This document shows, piece after piece, positions 50,927 through 63,640 of a stretch of DNA of 64,000 bases; position 1 is the first letter of the stretch, and each line of letters begins with the position of its first letter. Made by a program: the position numbers and the translations under genes. The notes beneath the pieces are model-generated. The model was given only the letters and a program-made list of their open reading frames with translations, did not search any database and had not been told where the DNA came from. Location: assembly GCF_050320075.1 (NCBI RefSeq), contig NZ_CP190018.1; one strand, 5' to 3'. This DNA is from Escherichia coli. Lineage in GTDB: Bacteria; Pseudomonadota; Gammaproteobacteria; Enterobacterales; Enterobacteriaceae.

Positions 50927-51045
50927 TTAACATCCATTCGCAGCCGGTACGCAGTCAGTACCGGCTTTTTTTATTTGGTGCGGGGCAAGTTGCGCCGCTA
51001 CACTATCACCAGATTGATTTTTGCCTTATCCGAAACTGGAAAAGC

Positions 51046-52017
51046 ATGGAAACGAAAAAAAATAATAGCGAATACATTCCTGAGTTTGATAAATCCTTTC
51101 GCCACCCGCGCTACTGGGGAGCATGGCTGGGCGTAGCAGCGATGGCGGGTATTGCTTTAACGCCGCCAAAGTTTCGCGACCCCATTCTGGCACGGCTGGG
51201 ACGTTTTGCCGGACGCCTGGGAAAAAGCTCACGCCGTCGTGCGTTAATCAATTTGTCGCTCTGCTTTCCAGAACGTAGTGAAGCTGAACGCGAAGCGATT
51301 GTTGATGAGATGTTTGCCACCGCGCCGCAAGCGATGGCAATGATGGCTGAGTTGGCAATACGCGGGCCGGAGAAAATTCAGCCGCGCGTTGACTGGCAAG
51401 GGCTGGAGATTATCGAAGAGATGCGACGTAATAACGAGAAAGTGATCTTTCTGGTGCCGCACGGTTGGGCCGTCGATATTCCTGCCATGCTGATGGCCTC
51501 GCAAGGGCAGAAAATGGCAGCGATGTTCCATAATCAGGGCAACCCGGTTTTTGATTATGTCTGGAACACGGTGCGTCGTCGTTTTGGCGGTCGTCTGCAT
51601 GCGAGAAATGATGGTATTAAACCATTCATCCAGTCGGTACGTCAGGGGTACTGGGGATATTATTTACCCGATCAGGATCATGGCCCAGAGCACAGCGAAT
51701 TTGTTGATTTCTTTGCCACCTATAAAGCGACGTTGCCCGCGATTGGTCGTTTGATGAAAGTGTGCCGTGCGCACGTTGTACCGCTGTTTCCGATTTATGA
51801 TGGCAAGACGCATCGCCTGACGATTCAGGTGCGCCCACCGATGGATGATCTGTTAGAGGCAGATGACCATACGATTGCGCGGCGGATGAATGAAGAAGTC
51901 GAGATTTTTGTTGGTCCGCGACCAGAACAATACACCTGGATATTAAAATTGCTGAAAACTCGCAAGCCGGGCGAAATCCAACCGTATAAGCGCAAAGATC
52001 TTTATCCCATCAAATAA
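51046..52017 (+). CDS. lpxM: Lipid A myristoyltransferase LpxM (MsbB)
   Basis: 323 aa [27 protein letters not shown]... Confidence 0.93.
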   Translation: METKKNNSEYIPEFDKSFRHPRYWGAWLGVAAMAGIALTPPKFRDPILARLGRFAGRLGKSSRRRALINLSLCFPERSEAEREAIVDEMFATAPQAMAMMAELAIRGPEKIQPRVDWQGLEIIEEMRRNNEKVIFLVPHGWAVDIPAMLMASQGQKMAAMFHNQGNPVFDYVWNTVRRRFGGRLHARNDGIKPFIQSVRQGYWGYYLPDQDHGPEHSEFVDFFATYKATLPAIGRLMKVCRAHVVPLFPIYDGKTHRLTIQVRPPMDDLLEADDHTIARRMNEEVEIFVGPRPEQYTWILKLLKTRKPGEIQPYKRKDLYPIK

Positions 52018-52107
52018 AAAAAGCCTCTCGCGAGGAGAGGCCTCCGCCTTGTGATAAGTTCAAGTTTGCTTCAGAAGATTCGAAATCTGTTGAACTATAA
52101 TTGAACT

Positions 52108-52143
52108 GTAGGCCGGATGAGGCGTTTTCGCCGCATCCGGCAA
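52108..52143. repeat. REP element between lpxM and pykA
   Basis: GTAGGCCGGATGAGGCG...CGCCGCATCCGGCAA palindrome. Confidence 0.75.
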
Positions 52144-52148
52144 CGTAC

Positions 52149-53591
52149 TTACTCTACCGTTAAAATACGCGTGGTATTAGTAGAACCCACGGTACTCATC
52201 ACGTCGCCCTGGGTGACAATCACCAGGTCACCAGACATCAAGTAACCTTTATCGCGCAGCAGATTAACCGCTTCGCTGGCAGCTGCTACGCCGTCATTAG
52301 CGCTATCAAAGTGCACCGGCGTAACGCCGCGATAGAGAGCAGTCAGGTTCAGCGTACGTTCATGGCGTGACATGGCGAAAATTGGCAGACCAGAGCTGAT
52401 ACGGGAGGTCATCAGCGCCGTACGACCCGATTCGGTCATGGTGATGATCGCCGTAACGCCTTTCAGGTGGTTAGCCGCGTACATTGCTGACATGGCAATA
52501 GCTTCTTCCACATTGTCGAACTGCACGTCCAGACGGTGTTTAGAAACGTTGATGCTCGGGATTTTTTCCGCACCCAGGCAAACGCGCGCCATGGCTGCAA
52601 CAGTTTCTGAAGGATACTGACCAGCAGCAGTTTCTGCAGAAAGCATCACAGCGTCAGTACCATCCAGAACGGCGTTTGCTACGTCCATGACTTCTGCACG
52701 CGTCGGCATCGGGTTAGTAATCATTGACTCCATCATCTGGGTCGCCGTGATTACTGCGCGGTTAAGCTGACGCGCACGACGGATCAACGCTTTCTGAATG
52801 CCGACCAGTTCCGGGTCGCCAATTTCCACACCGAGGTCGCCACGTGCAACCATTACCACGTCAGAGGCGAGGATGATGTCATCCATTGCATCCTGGCTGC
52901 AAACGGCTTCCGCACGTTCAACCTTGGCAACAATTTTCGCATCACAGCCTGCATCGCGTGCCAGGCGACGGGCATAGTTCAGATCTTCGCCGCAGCGTGG
53001 GAAGGAGACAGCCAGGTAATCTACGCCAATTAACGCCGCAGTCTTAATGTCTGCTTTGTCTTTTTCGGTCAGCGCTTCAGCCGACAAACCGCCGCCAAGT
53101 TTGTTGATACCTTTATTGTTGGAGAGGGGACCACCGACGGTGACTTCGGTGAACACTTTCATGCCCTGAACTTCCAGTACTTTTAACTGGACGCGACCAT
53201 CGTCCAGCAGCAGGATGTCACCAGGCACGACGTCAGCAGGCAGGCCTTTGTAGTCGATACCGACTTTTTCTTTGTCGCCTTCACCTTTACCCAGGTTGGC
53301 GTCGAGCAGGAATTTATCCCCAATATTGAGGAAAACTTTGCCTTCTTTAAAGGTGGATACACGAATTTTGGGCCCCTGGAGGTCACCCAGAATAGCCACA
53401 TGACGCCCCAGTTTTGCGGCAATTTCACGAACTTTATCCGCGCGCATTTTGTGATCTTCAGGCGAGCCGTGAGAAAAGTTCATACGTACAACGTTGGCAC
53501 CCGCTGCGATAACTTTTTCAAGATTATTATCGCGATCTGTTGCTGGGCCTAACGTGGTAACGATTTTTGTTCTGCGAAGCCTTCTGGACAT
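52149..53591 (-). CDS. pykA: Pyruvate kinase II
   Basis: 480 aa from [19 protein letters not shown]...; ORF-track start at 53615 is an upstream extension. Confidence 0.95.
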
Positions 53592-53718
53592 GTAATACTC
53601 CGTTGACTGAAACAACCAGGTGTTGCTTGAACATGAAATCCGAATGAAATAACGCCGCGATGGCTATAAATTAATCTCATTCGGATGTCGTATAAGATTA
53701 GGACAGTGACAGTCGTTT

Positions 53719-54588
53719 TTAGCGATCGTCACTTAAATTAAGTAACTGCTTATCAAAACGCGATTCCTTCAGCGCTTCCTTGACCCGCTTCAAGTTATCT
53801 CTGAATTTTGCACCGCGTCGCAAAGTAAATCCTGTCGCCAGCACATCTATCACGGTCAGCTGTGCAAGTCGAGAAACCATGGGCATATAAATGTCAGTAT
53901 CTTCCGGTACGTCGAGGGTAATTGCTAGCGTGGCTTCCCGGGCGAGCGGGGTACCTGCAGAGGTGAGGGCAATCACCATGGCGTCGTTTTCGCGTGCCAG
54001 CTGCGCCAGCTCGACCAGATTTTTTGTTCTTCCCGTGTGAGAAATCAGCACCACCACGTCTCCGTCGCTACAATTCATACAACTCATGCGTTGCAGCACA
54101 ATATCATCGGAGTACACCACCGGAACATTAAAACGAAAGAACTTATTCATCGCATCGTGGGCAACAGCGGCAGAAGAGCCTAATCCGAAAAAGGCGATTT
54201 TTTTTGCCTGAGTGAGTAAGTCGACGGCGCGGTTGATGGCAGATTTATCCAATGAATGACGGACATGATCGAGCGTTGCCATTGCGGACTCAAATATTTT
54301 CCCCGTGTATGATTCAACGCTGTCATCTTCATTGACGTTGCGATTAACATAGGGAGTGCCATTCGCCAGACTTTGTGCCAGATGAAGTTTAAAATCAGGA
54401 AAACCGCGCGTGTCCATGCTGCGACAGAAACGATTCACCGTCGGTTCGCTAACATTGGCTTCCAGCGCCAGAGCAGCAATACTCGAATGGATCGCGTTAT
54501 CGGGCGAAGCCAGAATGACCTCGGCAACTTTGCGCTCTGATTTGCTCAAATGTTCCAGCTGAGACTGGATTTTTTCCAGCATATTCAT
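53719..54588 (-). CDS. hexR: RpiR-family transcriptional regulator HexR (YebK)
   Basis: 289 aa with N-terminal HTH and SIS domain; divergent from zwf. Confidence 0.9.
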   Translation of the reverse strand: MNMLEKIQSQLEHLSKSERKVAEVILASPDNAIHSSIAALALEANVSEPTVNRFCRSMDTRGFPDFKLHLAQSLANGTPYVNRNVNEDDSVESYTGKIFESAMATLDHVRHSLDKSAINRAVDLLTQAKKIAFFGLGSSAAVAHDAMNKFFRFNVPVVYSDDIVLQRMSCMNCSDGDVVVLISHTGRTKNLVELAQLARENDAMVIALTSAGTPLAREATLAITLDVPEDTDIYMPMVSRLAQLTVIDVLATGFTLRRGAKFRDNLKRVKEALKESRFDKQLLNLSDDR

Positions 54589-54925
54589 GATGTAAAGAGA
54601 CTCACGGGTAATGACGATTTCCGCACTGAAAGAAATCGAAATGCAGTTTTGTCAGATATTACGCCTGTGTGCTGTGTTAATGACAAAAGCAGATAAAAAA
54701 GTTGTTATTTTTTTTCATAACATGATCAGTGTCAGATTTTTACCCAATGGAAAACGATGATTTTTTTATCAGTTTTGCCGCACTTTGCGCGCTTTTACCG
54801 TAATCGCACGGGTGGATAAGCGTTTACAGTTTTCGCAAGCTCGTAAAAGCAGTACAGTGCACCGTAAGAAAATTACAAGTATACCCTGGCTTAAGTACCG
54901 GGATAGTTAACTTAAGGAGAATGAC

Positions 54926-56401
54926 ATGGCGGTAACGCAAACAGCCCAGGCCTGTGACCTGGTCATTTTCGGCGCGAAAGGCGACCTTGCGCGTCGTAAA
55001 TTGCTGCCTTCCCTGTATCAACTGGAAAAAGCCGGTCAGCTCAACCCGGACACCCGGATTATCGGCGTAGGGCGTGCTGACTGGGATAAAGCGGCTTATA
55101 CCAAAGTTGTCCGCGAGGCGCTCGAAACTTTCATGAAAGAAACCATTGATGAAGGTTTATGGGACACCCTGAGTGCACGTCTGGATTTTTGTAATCTCGA
55201 TGTCAATGACACTGCTGCATTCAGCCGTCTCGGCGCGATGCTGGATCAAAAAAATCGTATCACCATTAACTACTTTGCCATGCCGCCCAGCACTTTTGGC
55301 GCAATTTGCAAAGGGCTTGGCGAGGCAAAACTGAATGCTAAACCGGCACGCGTAGTCATGGAGAAACCGCTGGGGACGTCGCTGGCGACCTCGCAGGAAA
55401 TCAACGATCAGGTTGGCGAATACTTCGAGGAGTGCCAGGTTTACCGTATCGACCACTATCTTGGTAAAGAAACGGTGCTGAACCTGTTGGCGCTGCGTTT
55501 TGCTAACTCTCTGTTTGTGAACAACTGGGACAATCGCACCATCGATCATGTTGAGATTACCGTGGCAGAAGAAGTGGGGATCGAAGGGCGCTGGGGCTAT
55601 TTTGATAAAGCCGGTCAGATGCGCGACATGATCCAGAACCACCTGCTGCAAATTCTTTGCATGATTGCGATGTCTCCGCCGTCTGACCTGAGTGCAGACA
55701 GCATCCGCGATGAAAAAGTGAAAGTACTGAAGTCTCTGCGCCGTATTGACCGCTCCAACGTACGCGAAAAAACCGTACGCGGGCAATATACTGCGGGCTT
55801 CGCCCAGGGCAAAAAAGTGCCGGGATATCTGGAAGAAGAGGGCGCGAACAAGAGCAGCAATACAGAAACCTTCGTGGCGATCCGCGTCGACATTGATAAC
55901 TGGCGCTGGGCCGGTGTGCCATTCTACCTGCGTACTGGTAAACGTCTGCCGACCAAATGCTCTGAAGTCGTGGTCTATTTCAAAACACCTGAACTGAATC
56001 TGTTTAAAGAGTCGTGGCAGGATCTACCGCAAAATAAACTGACTATCCGTCTGCAACCTGATGAAGGCGTGGATATCCAGGTACTGAATAAAGTTCCTGG
56101 CCTTGACCACAAACATAACCTGCAAATCACCAAGCTGGACCTGAGCTATTCAGAAACCTTTAATCAGACGCATCTGGCGGATGCCTATGAACGTCTGCTG
56201 CTGGAAACCATGCGTGGTATTCAGGCACTGTTTGTTCGTCGTGATGAAGTGGAAGAAGCCTGGAAATGGGTAGACTCCATTACTGAGGCGTGGGCGATGG
56301 ACAATGATGCGCCGAAACCGTATCAGGCCGGAACCTGGGGACCCGTTGCCTCGGTGGCAATGATTACCCGTGATGGTCGTTCCTGGAATGAGTTTGAGTA
56401 A
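54926..56401 (+). CDS. zwf: Glucose-6-phosphate 1-dehydrogenase
   Basis: 491 aa [26 protein letters not shown]... Confidence 0.97.
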   Translation: MAVTQTAQACDLVIFGAKGDLARRKLLPSLYQLEKAGQLNPDTRIIGVGRADWDKAAYTKVVREALETFMKETIDEGLWDTLSARLDFCNLDVNDTAAFSRLGAMLDQKNRITINYFAMPPSTFGAICKGLGEAKLNAKPARVVMEKPLGTSLATSQEINDQVGEYFEECQVYRIDHYLGKETVLNLLALRFANSLFVNNWDNRTIDHVEITVAEEVGIEGRWGYFDKAGQMRDMIQNHLLQILCMIAMSPPSDLSADSIRDEKVKVLKSLRRIDRSNVREKTVRGQYTAGFAQGKKVPGYLEEEGANKSSNTETFVAIRVDIDNWRWAGVPFYLRTGKRLPTKCSEVVVYFKTPELNLFKESWQDLPQNKLTIRLQPDEGVDIQVLNKVPGLDHKHNLQITKLDLSYSETFNQTHLADAYERLLLETMRGIQALFVRRDEVEEAWKWVDSITEAWAMDNDAPKPYQAGTWGPVASVAMITRDGRSWNEFE

Positions 56402-56480
56402 TATCTGCGCTTATCCTTTATGGTTATTTTACCGGTAACATGATCTTGCACAGATTGTAGAACAATTTTTACACTTTCAG

Positions 56481-56513
56481 GCCTCGTGCGGATTCACCCA
56501 CGAGGCTTTTTTT
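56481..56513 (+). terminator. Rho-independent terminator between zwf and edd
   Basis: Stem GCCTCGTG/CACGAGGC followed by T7. Confidence 0.75.
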
Positions 56514-56635
56514 ATTACACTGACTGAAACGTTTTTGCCCTATGAGCTCCGGTTACAGGCGTTTCAGTCATAAATCCTCTGAATGAAGCGCGTTGTGAAT
56601 CATCCTGCTCTGACAACTCAATTTCAGGAGCCTTT

Positions 56636-58447
56636 ATGAATCCACAATTGTTACGCGTAACAAATCGAATCATTGAACGTTCGCGCGAGACTCGCTCTGC
56701 TTACCTCGCCCGGATAGAACAAGCGAAAACTTCGACCGTTCATCGTTCGCAGTTGGCATGTGGTAACCTGGCACACGGTTTCGCTGCCTGCCAGCCAGAA
56801 GACAAAGCCTCTTTGAAAAGCATGTTGCGTAACAATATCGCCATCATCACCTCCTATAACGACATGCTCTCCGCGCACCAGCCTTATGAACACTATCCAG
56901 AAATCATTCGTAAAGCCCTGCATGAAGCAAATGCGGTTGGTCAGGTTGCGGGCGGTGTTCCGGCGATGTGTGATGGTGTCACCCAGGGGCAGGATGGAAT
57001 GGAATTGTCGCTGTTAAGCCGCGAAGTGATTGCGATGTCTGCGGCGGTGGGGTTGTCCCATAACATGTTTGATGGTGCGCTGTTCCTCGGAGTGTGCGAC
57101 AAGATTGTTCCGGGTCTGACTATGGCAGCCCTGTCGTTTGGGCATTTGCCTGCGGTGTTTGTGCCGTCTGGACCGATGGCAAGCGGTTTGCCAAATAAAG
57201 AAAAAGTGCGTATTCGCCAGCTTTATGCCGAAGGTAAAGTGGACCGCATGGCATTACTGGAGTCAGAAGCCGCGTCTTATCATGCGCCGGGAACATGTAC
57301 TTTCTACGGTACTGCCAACACCAACCAGATGGTGGTGGAGTTTATGGGGATGCAGTTGCCAGGCTCTTCTTTTGTTCATCCGGATTCTCCGCTGCGCGAT
57401 GCTTTGACCGCAGCCGCTGCGCGCCAGGTTACACGCATGACCGGTAATGGTAATGAATGGATGCCGATCGGTAAGATGATCGATGAGAAAGTGGTGGTGA
57501 ACGGTATCGTTGCACTGCTGGCGACCGGTGGTTCCACTAACCACACCATGCACCTGGTGGCGATGGCTCGCGCGGCCGGTATTCAGATTAACTGGGATGA
57601 CTTCTCTGACCTTTCTGATGTTGTACCGCTGATGGCACGTCTCTACCCGAACGGTCCGGCCGATATTAACCACTTCCAGGCGGCAGGTGGCGTACCGGTT
57701 CTGGTGCGTGAACTGCTCAAAGCAGGCCTGCTGCATGAAGATGTCAATACGGTGGCTGGTTTTGGTCTGTCTCGTTATACCCTTGAACCATGGCTGAATA
57801 ATGGTGAACTGGACTGGCGGGAAGGGGCGGAAAAATCACTCGACAGCAATGTGATCGCTTCCTTCGAACAACCTTTCTCTCATCATGGTGGGACAAAAGT
57901 GTTAAGCGGTAACCTGGGCCGTGCGGTTATGAAAACCTCTGCCGTGCCGGTTGAGAACCAGGTGATTGAAGCGCCTGCGGTTGTTTTTGAAAGCCAGCAT
58001 GACGTTATGCCGGCTTTTGAAGCGGGTTTGCTGGACCGCGATTGTGTCGTTGTTGTCCGTCATCAGGGGCCAAAAGCGAACGGAATGCCAGAATTACATA
58101 AACTCATGCCGCCACTTGGTGTATTATTGGACCGGTGTTTCAAAATTGCGTTAGTTACTGATGGACGACTCTCCGGCGCTTCAGGTAAAGTGCCGTCAGC
58201 TATCCACGTAACACCAGAAGCCTACGATGGCGGGCTGCTGGCAAAAGTGCGCGACGGGGACATCATTCGTGTGAATGGACAGACAGGCGAACTGACGCTG
58301 CTGGTAGACGAAGCGGAACTGGCTGCTCGCGAACCACACATTCCTGACCTGAGCGCGTCACGCGTGGGAACAGGACGTGAATTATTCAGCGCCTTGCGTG
58401 AAAAACTGTCCGGTGCCGAACAGGGCGCAACCTGTATCACTTTTTAA
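56636..58447 (+). CDS. edd: Phosphogluconate dehydratase
   Basis: 603 aa [28 protein letters not shown]... Confidence 0.97.
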   Translation: MNPQLLRVTNRIIERSRETRSAYLARIEQAKTSTVHRSQLACGNLAHGFAACQPEDKASLKSMLRNNIAIITSYNDMLSAHQPYEHYPEIIRKALHEANAVGQVAGGVPAMCDGVTQGQDGMELSLLSREVIAMSAAVGLSHNMFDGALFLGVCDKIVPGLTMAALSFGHLPAVFVPSGPMASGLPNKEKVRIRQLYAEGKVDRMALLESEAASYHAPGTCTFYGTANTNQMVVEFMGMQLPGSSFVHPDSPLRDALTAAAARQVTRMTGNGNEWMPIGKMIDEKVVVNGIVALLATGGSTNHTMHLVAMARAAGIQINWDDFSDLSDVVPLMARLYPNGPADINHFQAAGGVPVLVRELLKAGLLHEDVNTVAGFGLSRYTLEPWLNNGELDWREGAEKSLDSNVIASFEQPFSHHGGTKVLSGNLGRAVMKTSAVPVENQVIEAPAVVFESQHDVMPAFEAGLLDRDCVVVVRHQGPKANGMPELHKLMPPLGVLLDRCFKIALVTDGRLSGASGKVPSAIHVTPEAYDGGLLAKVRDGDIIRVNGQTGELTLLVDEAELAAREPHIPDLSASRVGTGRELFSALREKLSGAEQGATCITF

Positions 58448-58483
58448 GACGACAAATTTGTAATCAGGCGAGAGAAAACTCTG

Positions 58484-59125
58484 ATGAAAAACTGGAAAAC
58501 AAGTGCAGAATCAATCCTGACCACCGGCCCGGTTGTACCGGTTATCGTGGTAAAAAAACTGGAACACGCGGTGCCGATGGCTAAAGCGTTGGTTGCTGGT
58601 GGGGTGCGCGTTCTGGAAGTGACTCTGCGTACCGAGTGTGCAGTTGACGCTATCCGTGCTATCGCCAAAGAAGTGCCTGAAGCGATTGTGGGTGCCGGTA
58701 CGGTGCTGAATCCACAGCAGCTGGCAGAAGTCACCGAAGCGGGTGCACAGTTCGCAATTAGCCCGGGTCTGACCGAGCCGCTGCTGAAGGCTGCTACCGA
58801 AGGGACTATTCCTCTGATTCCGGGGATCAGCACTGTTTCCGAACTGATGCTGGGTATGGACTACGGTTTGAAAGAGTTCAAATTCTTCCCGGCTGAAGCT
58901 AACGGCGGTGTGAAAGCCCTGCAGGCGATCGCGGGTCCGTTCTCCCAGGTCCGTTTCTGCCCGACGGGTGGTATTTCTCCGGCTAACTACCGTGACTACC
59001 TGGCGCTGAAAAGCGTGCTGTGCATCGGTGGTTCCTGGCTGGTTCCGGCAGATGCGCTGGAAGCGGGCGATTACGACCGCATTACTAAGCTGGCGCGTGA
59101 AGCTGTAGAAGGCGCTAAGCTGTAA
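58484..59125 (+). CDS. eda: KHG/KDPG aldolase
   Basis: 213 aa [36 protein letters not shown]... Confidence 0.97.
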
Positions 59126-59129
59126 AAGT

Positions 59130-59162
59130 CAAAATGCCCGATCCTCGATCGGGCATTTTGGT
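59130..59162. terminator. Bidirectional terminator between convergent eda and purT
   Basis: A-tract, stem ATGCCCGATC/GATCGGGCAT, T-tract. Confidence 0.8.
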
Positions 59163-59179
59163 AGCGTTTTTCGCCGGGG

Positions 59180-60358
59180 TTAAGCTTGTACTTTTATCTG
59201 TGCTGCGGCGTGCTTTGCGCGCTCAATCGCTTCATCAACACTCTCAGCGGTCGCCAGCGCAACACCCAGACGACGGCTGCCATCAATTTCCGGCTTACCA
59301 AATAAACGAATCTGTAGGCCTGCGCCTACGGCATTCTGCACATTATCAAACGTGACATTCTCACTGGTCAGTTGTGGCAGGATAACGGCAGAAGCTGCAG
59401 GACCATACTGACGGATCCCGCCAACCGGAAGTCCGAGAAAGGCTCGCACATGCAGGGCAAACTCCGAGAGATCCTGAGAAATTAACGTCACCATCCCGGT
59501 ATCATGTGGGCGAGGGGAGACCTCACTGAAAATCACCTCATCACCACAGACAAACAGCTCGACACCAAACAGCCCATAACCGCCCAGTGCCAGCACCACT
59601 TTACGGGCAATTTCTTGCGCACGTTCCAAAGCCAGCTGGCTCATTTGCTGTGGTTGCCAGGATTCACGATAGTCGCCATCTTCCTGGCGATGACCTACCG
59701 GTGCACAGAAATGGACGCCATCCACCGCGCTGACGGTTAGCAGGGTAATTTCGAAATCAAACTTGACGACGCCTTCAACAATTACGCGGCCCGCTCCGGC
59801 GCGACCGCCTTGCTGAGCGTACTCCCATGCATGAGCAAGTTGCTCTGCAGAACGAATAAACGTCTGCCCCTTGCCGGAGGAACTCATCACCGGTTTAACA
59901 ATGCAGGGATAGCCGATTTCAGCAACCGCCTTGCGGAAAAGGTTTTCGTTATCGGCAAAACGATAAGTGGAAGTGGGCAGCTGCAGCTCTTCTGCCGCCA
60001 GGCGACGGATACCCTCGCGATTCATCGTTAATTTCGTTGCGCGCGCGCAGGGGACAACATTCAGTCCTTCCTCTTCAAGTTGGATCAGCATATCGGTGGC
60101 AATAGCTTCGATCTCCGGCACGATATAATGTGGTTTTTCCAGTTCAACCACACGGCGTAATGCATCACCATCAAGCATATTAATGACATGGGAGCGATGC
60201 GCGACATGCATAGCTGGCGCGTCGGCATAGCGATCGACGGCAATCACCTCTACGCCGAGACGCTGACACTCGATTGCCACTTCTTTACCCAGTTCACCGG
60301 AGCCTAATAACATCACGCGAGTTGCTGCCGGACGCAGCGCAGTGCCTAATAACGTCAT
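59180..60358 (-). CDS. purT: Formate-dependent phosphoribosylglycinamide formyltransferase PurT
   Basis: 392 aa [27 protein letters not shown]...; ATP-grasp. Confidence 0.95.
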   Translation of the reverse strand: MTLLGTALRPAATRVMLLGSGELGKEVAIECQRLGVEVIAVDRYADAPAMHVAHRSHVINMLDGDALRRVVELEKPHYIVPEIEAIATDMLIQLEEEGLNVVPCARATKLTMNREGIRRLAAEELQLPTSTYRFADNENLFRKAVAEIGYPCIVKPVMSSSGKGQTFIRSAEQLAHAWEYAQQGGRAGAGRVIVEGVVKFDFEITLLTVSAVDGVHFCAPVGHRQEDGDYRESWQPQQMSQLALERAQEIARKVVLALGGYGLFGVELFVCGDEVIFSEVSPRPHDTGMVTLISQDLSEFALHVRAFLGLPVGGIRQYGPAASAVILPQLTSENVTFDNVQNAVGAGLQIRLFGKPEIDGSRRLGVALATAESVDEAIERAKHAAAQIKVQA

Positions 60359-60456
60359 AACGAATATCCCCTGATTAATTCCGCGCGCAGTATAAACGAA
60401 AACGTTTGCGCGTGTCTTTATTGCTGATATTGATTTTCCAACCGAAAAGAAATATA

Positions 60457-60472
60457 CTGTATAAAATCACAG
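60457..60472. promoter_or_regulatory. LexA (SOS) box upstream of yebG: CTG-N10-CAG
   Basis: TACTGTATAAAATCACAGTT ~20 bp upstream of yebG start; yebG is an SOS gene. Confidence 0.8.
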
Positions 60473-60491
60473 TTATTATGAGAGGCTGCAA

Positions 60492-60782
60492 ATGGCGGTT
60501 GAAGTTAAATACGTAGTCATTCGTGAGGGCGAAGAGAAAATGTCGTTTACCAGCAAAAAGGAAGCCGATGCTTATGACAAAATGCTTGATACGGCGGATC
60601 TGCTTGACACCTGGCTGACAAATTCTCCAGTGCAAATGGAAGACGAGCAACGTGAAGCCCTTTCGCTATGGCTGGCAGAACAAAAAGATGTGCTGAGCAC
60701 CATTCTGAAAACCGGCAAATTACCGTCCCCACAGGTCGTCGGTGCTGAATCCGAAGAGGAAGATGCCTCACACGCGGCCTGA
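60492..60782 (+). CDS. yebG: SOS-induced protein YebG
   Basis: 96 aa MAVEVKYVVIREGEEKMSFTSKKEADAYDKML... Confidence 0.9.
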   Translation: MAVEVKYVVIREGEEKMSFTSKKEADAYDKMLDTADLLDTWLTNSPVQMEDEQREALSLWLAEQKDVLSTILKTGKLPSPQVVGAESEEEDASHAA

Positions 60783-60800
60783 AGCAACTTGCGCTCCTGA

Positions 60801-61205
<405 letters not shown>

Positions 61206-61531
61206 TGGCTTCTGATAATTCGATTGACCGTTGGCGGATGCGGCGCGAGTGCCTTATCCGCCCCACAACGCACCACAATCGTAGGCCTGAGAAGACGCAA
61301 CAGCGTCGCATCGGGCAATCAGCATCAAACAGTGCTACTCAAAACGTCAAACTACTTTCACCTAAAATACCCTTATCATCTGATATACAGTGAACACCTT
61401 ACCTGGCGGGAATTTCTTTGAATAACGGCCAACCGCCCCGCTTATTTGCGCATCTTTTGTCTCGATATACATTTTCTGACATCCTCATCCGCTATGCTAC
61501 AGGCACTAAAAATGGTTATTGAGGAGCAAAT

Positions 61532-62191
61532 ATGGCTAACTGGTTAAATCAACTGCAATCCCTGCTTGGGCAAAGCAGTTCTTCTGCCTCCTCGTCTGCG
61601 GATCAGGGATTGGGCAAACTTTTAGTGCCGGGCGCATTAGGCGGACTGGCTGGGCTGCTGGTCGCAAATAAATCAGCACGTAAACTTCTTACGAAATATG
61701 GCACCAACGCGTTGCTGGTTGGCGGCGGAGCGGTAGCGGGTACGGTGCTGTGGAATAAATACAAAGATAAAATTCGCGCGGCGCATCAGGACGAACCGCA
61801 GTTTGGCGCGCAAAGTACGCCGCTGGATGAGCGTACTGAACGTTTGATCCTTGCGCTGGTCTTTGCCGCTAAAAGTGATGGTCATATTGATGCCAAAGAA
61901 CGTGCGGCAATCGATCAGCAATTGCGTGAAGCCGGCGTGGAAGAGCAGGGGCGTGTACTCATTGAGCAGGCAATCGAACAACCGCTGGATCCACAACGCC
62001 TGGCTACCGGGGTCCGCAATGAAGAAGAGGCGCTGGAAATCTATTTCCTGAGCTGCGCGGCTATTGATATTGACCATTTTATGGAACGCAGTTACCTGAA
62101 TGCACTGGGTGACGCGCTGAAAATCCCCCAGGACGTTCGTGAAGGCATTGAACGCGATCTCGAACAACAAAAACGCACTTTGGCGGAATAA
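61532..62191 (+). CDS. yebE: Inner membrane protein YebE (DUF533)
   Basis: 219 aa [28 protein letters not shown]... Confidence 0.9.
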   Translation: MANWLNQLQSLLGQSSSSASSSADQGLGKLLVPGALGGLAGLLVANKSARKLLTKYGTNALLVGGGAVAGTVLWNKYKDKIRAAHQDEPQFGAQSTPLDERTERLILALVFAAKSDGHIDAKERAAIDQQLREAGVEEQGRVLIEQAIEQPLDPQRLATGVRNEEEALEIYFLSCAAIDIDHFMERSYLNALGDALKIPQDVREGIERDLEQQKRTLAE

Positions 62192-62199
62192 TTCCGCTC

Positions 62200-62238
62200 T
62201 CTGGATAGCCTGAAGTTGACTATTTCGGGCTATCCAGA
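62200..62238. repeat. Subterminal imperfect-palindrome hairpin of the IS end (TCTGGATAGCC-N17-GGCTATCCAGA)
   Basis: 11-bp perfect stem, no flanking U-tract on either strand, so an IS-end structure fits better than a terminator. Confidence 0.5.
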
Positions 62239-62354
62239 ACCGCACAGCCATTTGAGCAGGCTGATTTTCTCTGTCTGCATAACATTCGATATCCGCGCCA
62301 TTACCTGTCATCATGTGACTGCTCCCCGCCCTGTCGGGCGAGGCTTCCCACTTC

Positions 62355-63524
62355 TTAAGCCGCAACCGTCTGTGTGACGGATTTACGCTGGCCTCCATGG
62401 GCAGAAACGACGAGTCCCGCCGCTTGTAATTCCAGTATGCCCTTGCGTTTGATGTTGAGCGCCGCGTTGATATCGCGGTCATGTTCAACTCCACACTCTG
62501 GACACTGCCAGATGCGCTTATGTAATGGCATCTCCGACATTTTGTGACCGCAGCAGTGGCAGGTCTTCGAACTGGCGAACCATTGATCCAGTTTCACCAG
62601 ATGCACACCTTTCTCTGTTGCTTTGTATTCCAGTTTTGTGATGAATCCAGACCATCCAGCATCGCCTATCGCACGAGCCAGATGGTGATTTTTCATCATA
62701 TTTGCCATTTTCAATGTCTCGACAATTACCGCTTGGTTTTCGTCAACAATTGCGCGAGATAACTTGTGCTGGAAATCGGCACGGGCACCGGCTACCCGTT
62801 CGTGAACGGCTGCAAGTTGTATTCTGGCTTTGCGCCTGTTTGCGCTCCCTTTTTTCTTACGGGACAGTGCTTTCTGCTTCCGGCGCAGGTTGCGACTTGC
62901 ATTGATTAGGTGGCGGGGACTGGCAATTTTATTGCCGTCCGATTTGATGACAAAATGCGCCAGCCCCATATCCAGCCCTGTCACATTTGATATCAGTGCG
63001 GGCTTTGCCGGCGCTTCCATCCCGTCGTCACAGAGTAACGACGCGTAGTATTTCCCGGTTGCGCTGCGGCTCAACGTGATACTTTTCAGCATTCCCGTAA
63101 TTTCACGATGTAAACGCGCTTCAATCGGCAAGATTTTCGGTATTTTTATCGCAGCATCAAGGACTTTTATGCCAACACAATGGTAGCTCGATTGTCTGCC
63201 GTGTTTACTTTTAAAGGTAGGTTTACCTGCTTTCAGTTTCGGATTGAAAAAGTTAGAAAAAGCCACGTCGAGGTTAATTACCGCCTGCTGCAACGCAATA
63301 GAATCATATTCTTTAAGCCATCCATACCGGCGGGATTTCTTCGCCACTGCAAGCAGTGGTTTGAGGTCTTTACGCGGGTTTAAATTTACGCGGTGCCGCT
63401 GGTAAGAATGTTTCTTGATATGCAGAGCTTTGTTGTACGCAAAACGCACTGCACCGAACTGGGCGTTGATAAATTCAGCCTGTTCTGGTGTCGGGTAGAT
63501 GCGTACTTTTGTTGCTCTTAACAT
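62355..63524 (-). CDS. tnpB: TnpB (IS200/IS605 OrfB; RuvC-like RNA-guided nuclease family)
   Basis: 389 aa; N-terminal MLRATKVRIYPTPEQAEF..., RuvC-like motifs and C-terminal zinc finger CHCCGH...CPECG. Confidence 0.85.
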   Translation of the reverse strand: MLRATKVRIYPTPEQAEFINAQFGAVRFAYNKALHIKKHSYQRHRVNLNPRKDLKPLLAVAKKSRRYGWLKEYDSIALQQAVINLDVAFSNFFNPKLKAGKPTFKSKHGRQSSYHCVGIKVLDAAIKIPKILPIEARLHREITGMLKSITLSRSATGKYYASLLCDDGMEAPAKPALISNVTGLDMGLAHFVIKSDGNKIASPRHLINASRNLRRKQKALSRKKKGSANRRKARIQLAAVHERVAGARADFQHKLSRAIVDENQAVIVETLKMANMMKNHHLARAIGDAGWSGFITKLEYKATEKGVHLVKLDQWFASSKTCHCCGHKMSEMPLHKRIWQCPECGVEHDRDINAALNIKRKGILELQAAGLVVSAHGGQRKSVTQTVAA

Positions 63525-63640
63525 AATCAGCGCTCATTGATATAATGCTTTTATTTTAACACTTTAGGTAAATATATCAATTGAGTAATCATGATGATTT
63601 ACTGGCGGGATTTCTCCGCAAACGACACAGTGTCAGTAAG

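Noticed and set aside
62200-62238. Hairpin after yebE considered as the yebE terminator
   Set aside because: No U-tract on either strand; its position immediately 3' of tnpB fits an IS200/IS605 subterminal end structure instead.
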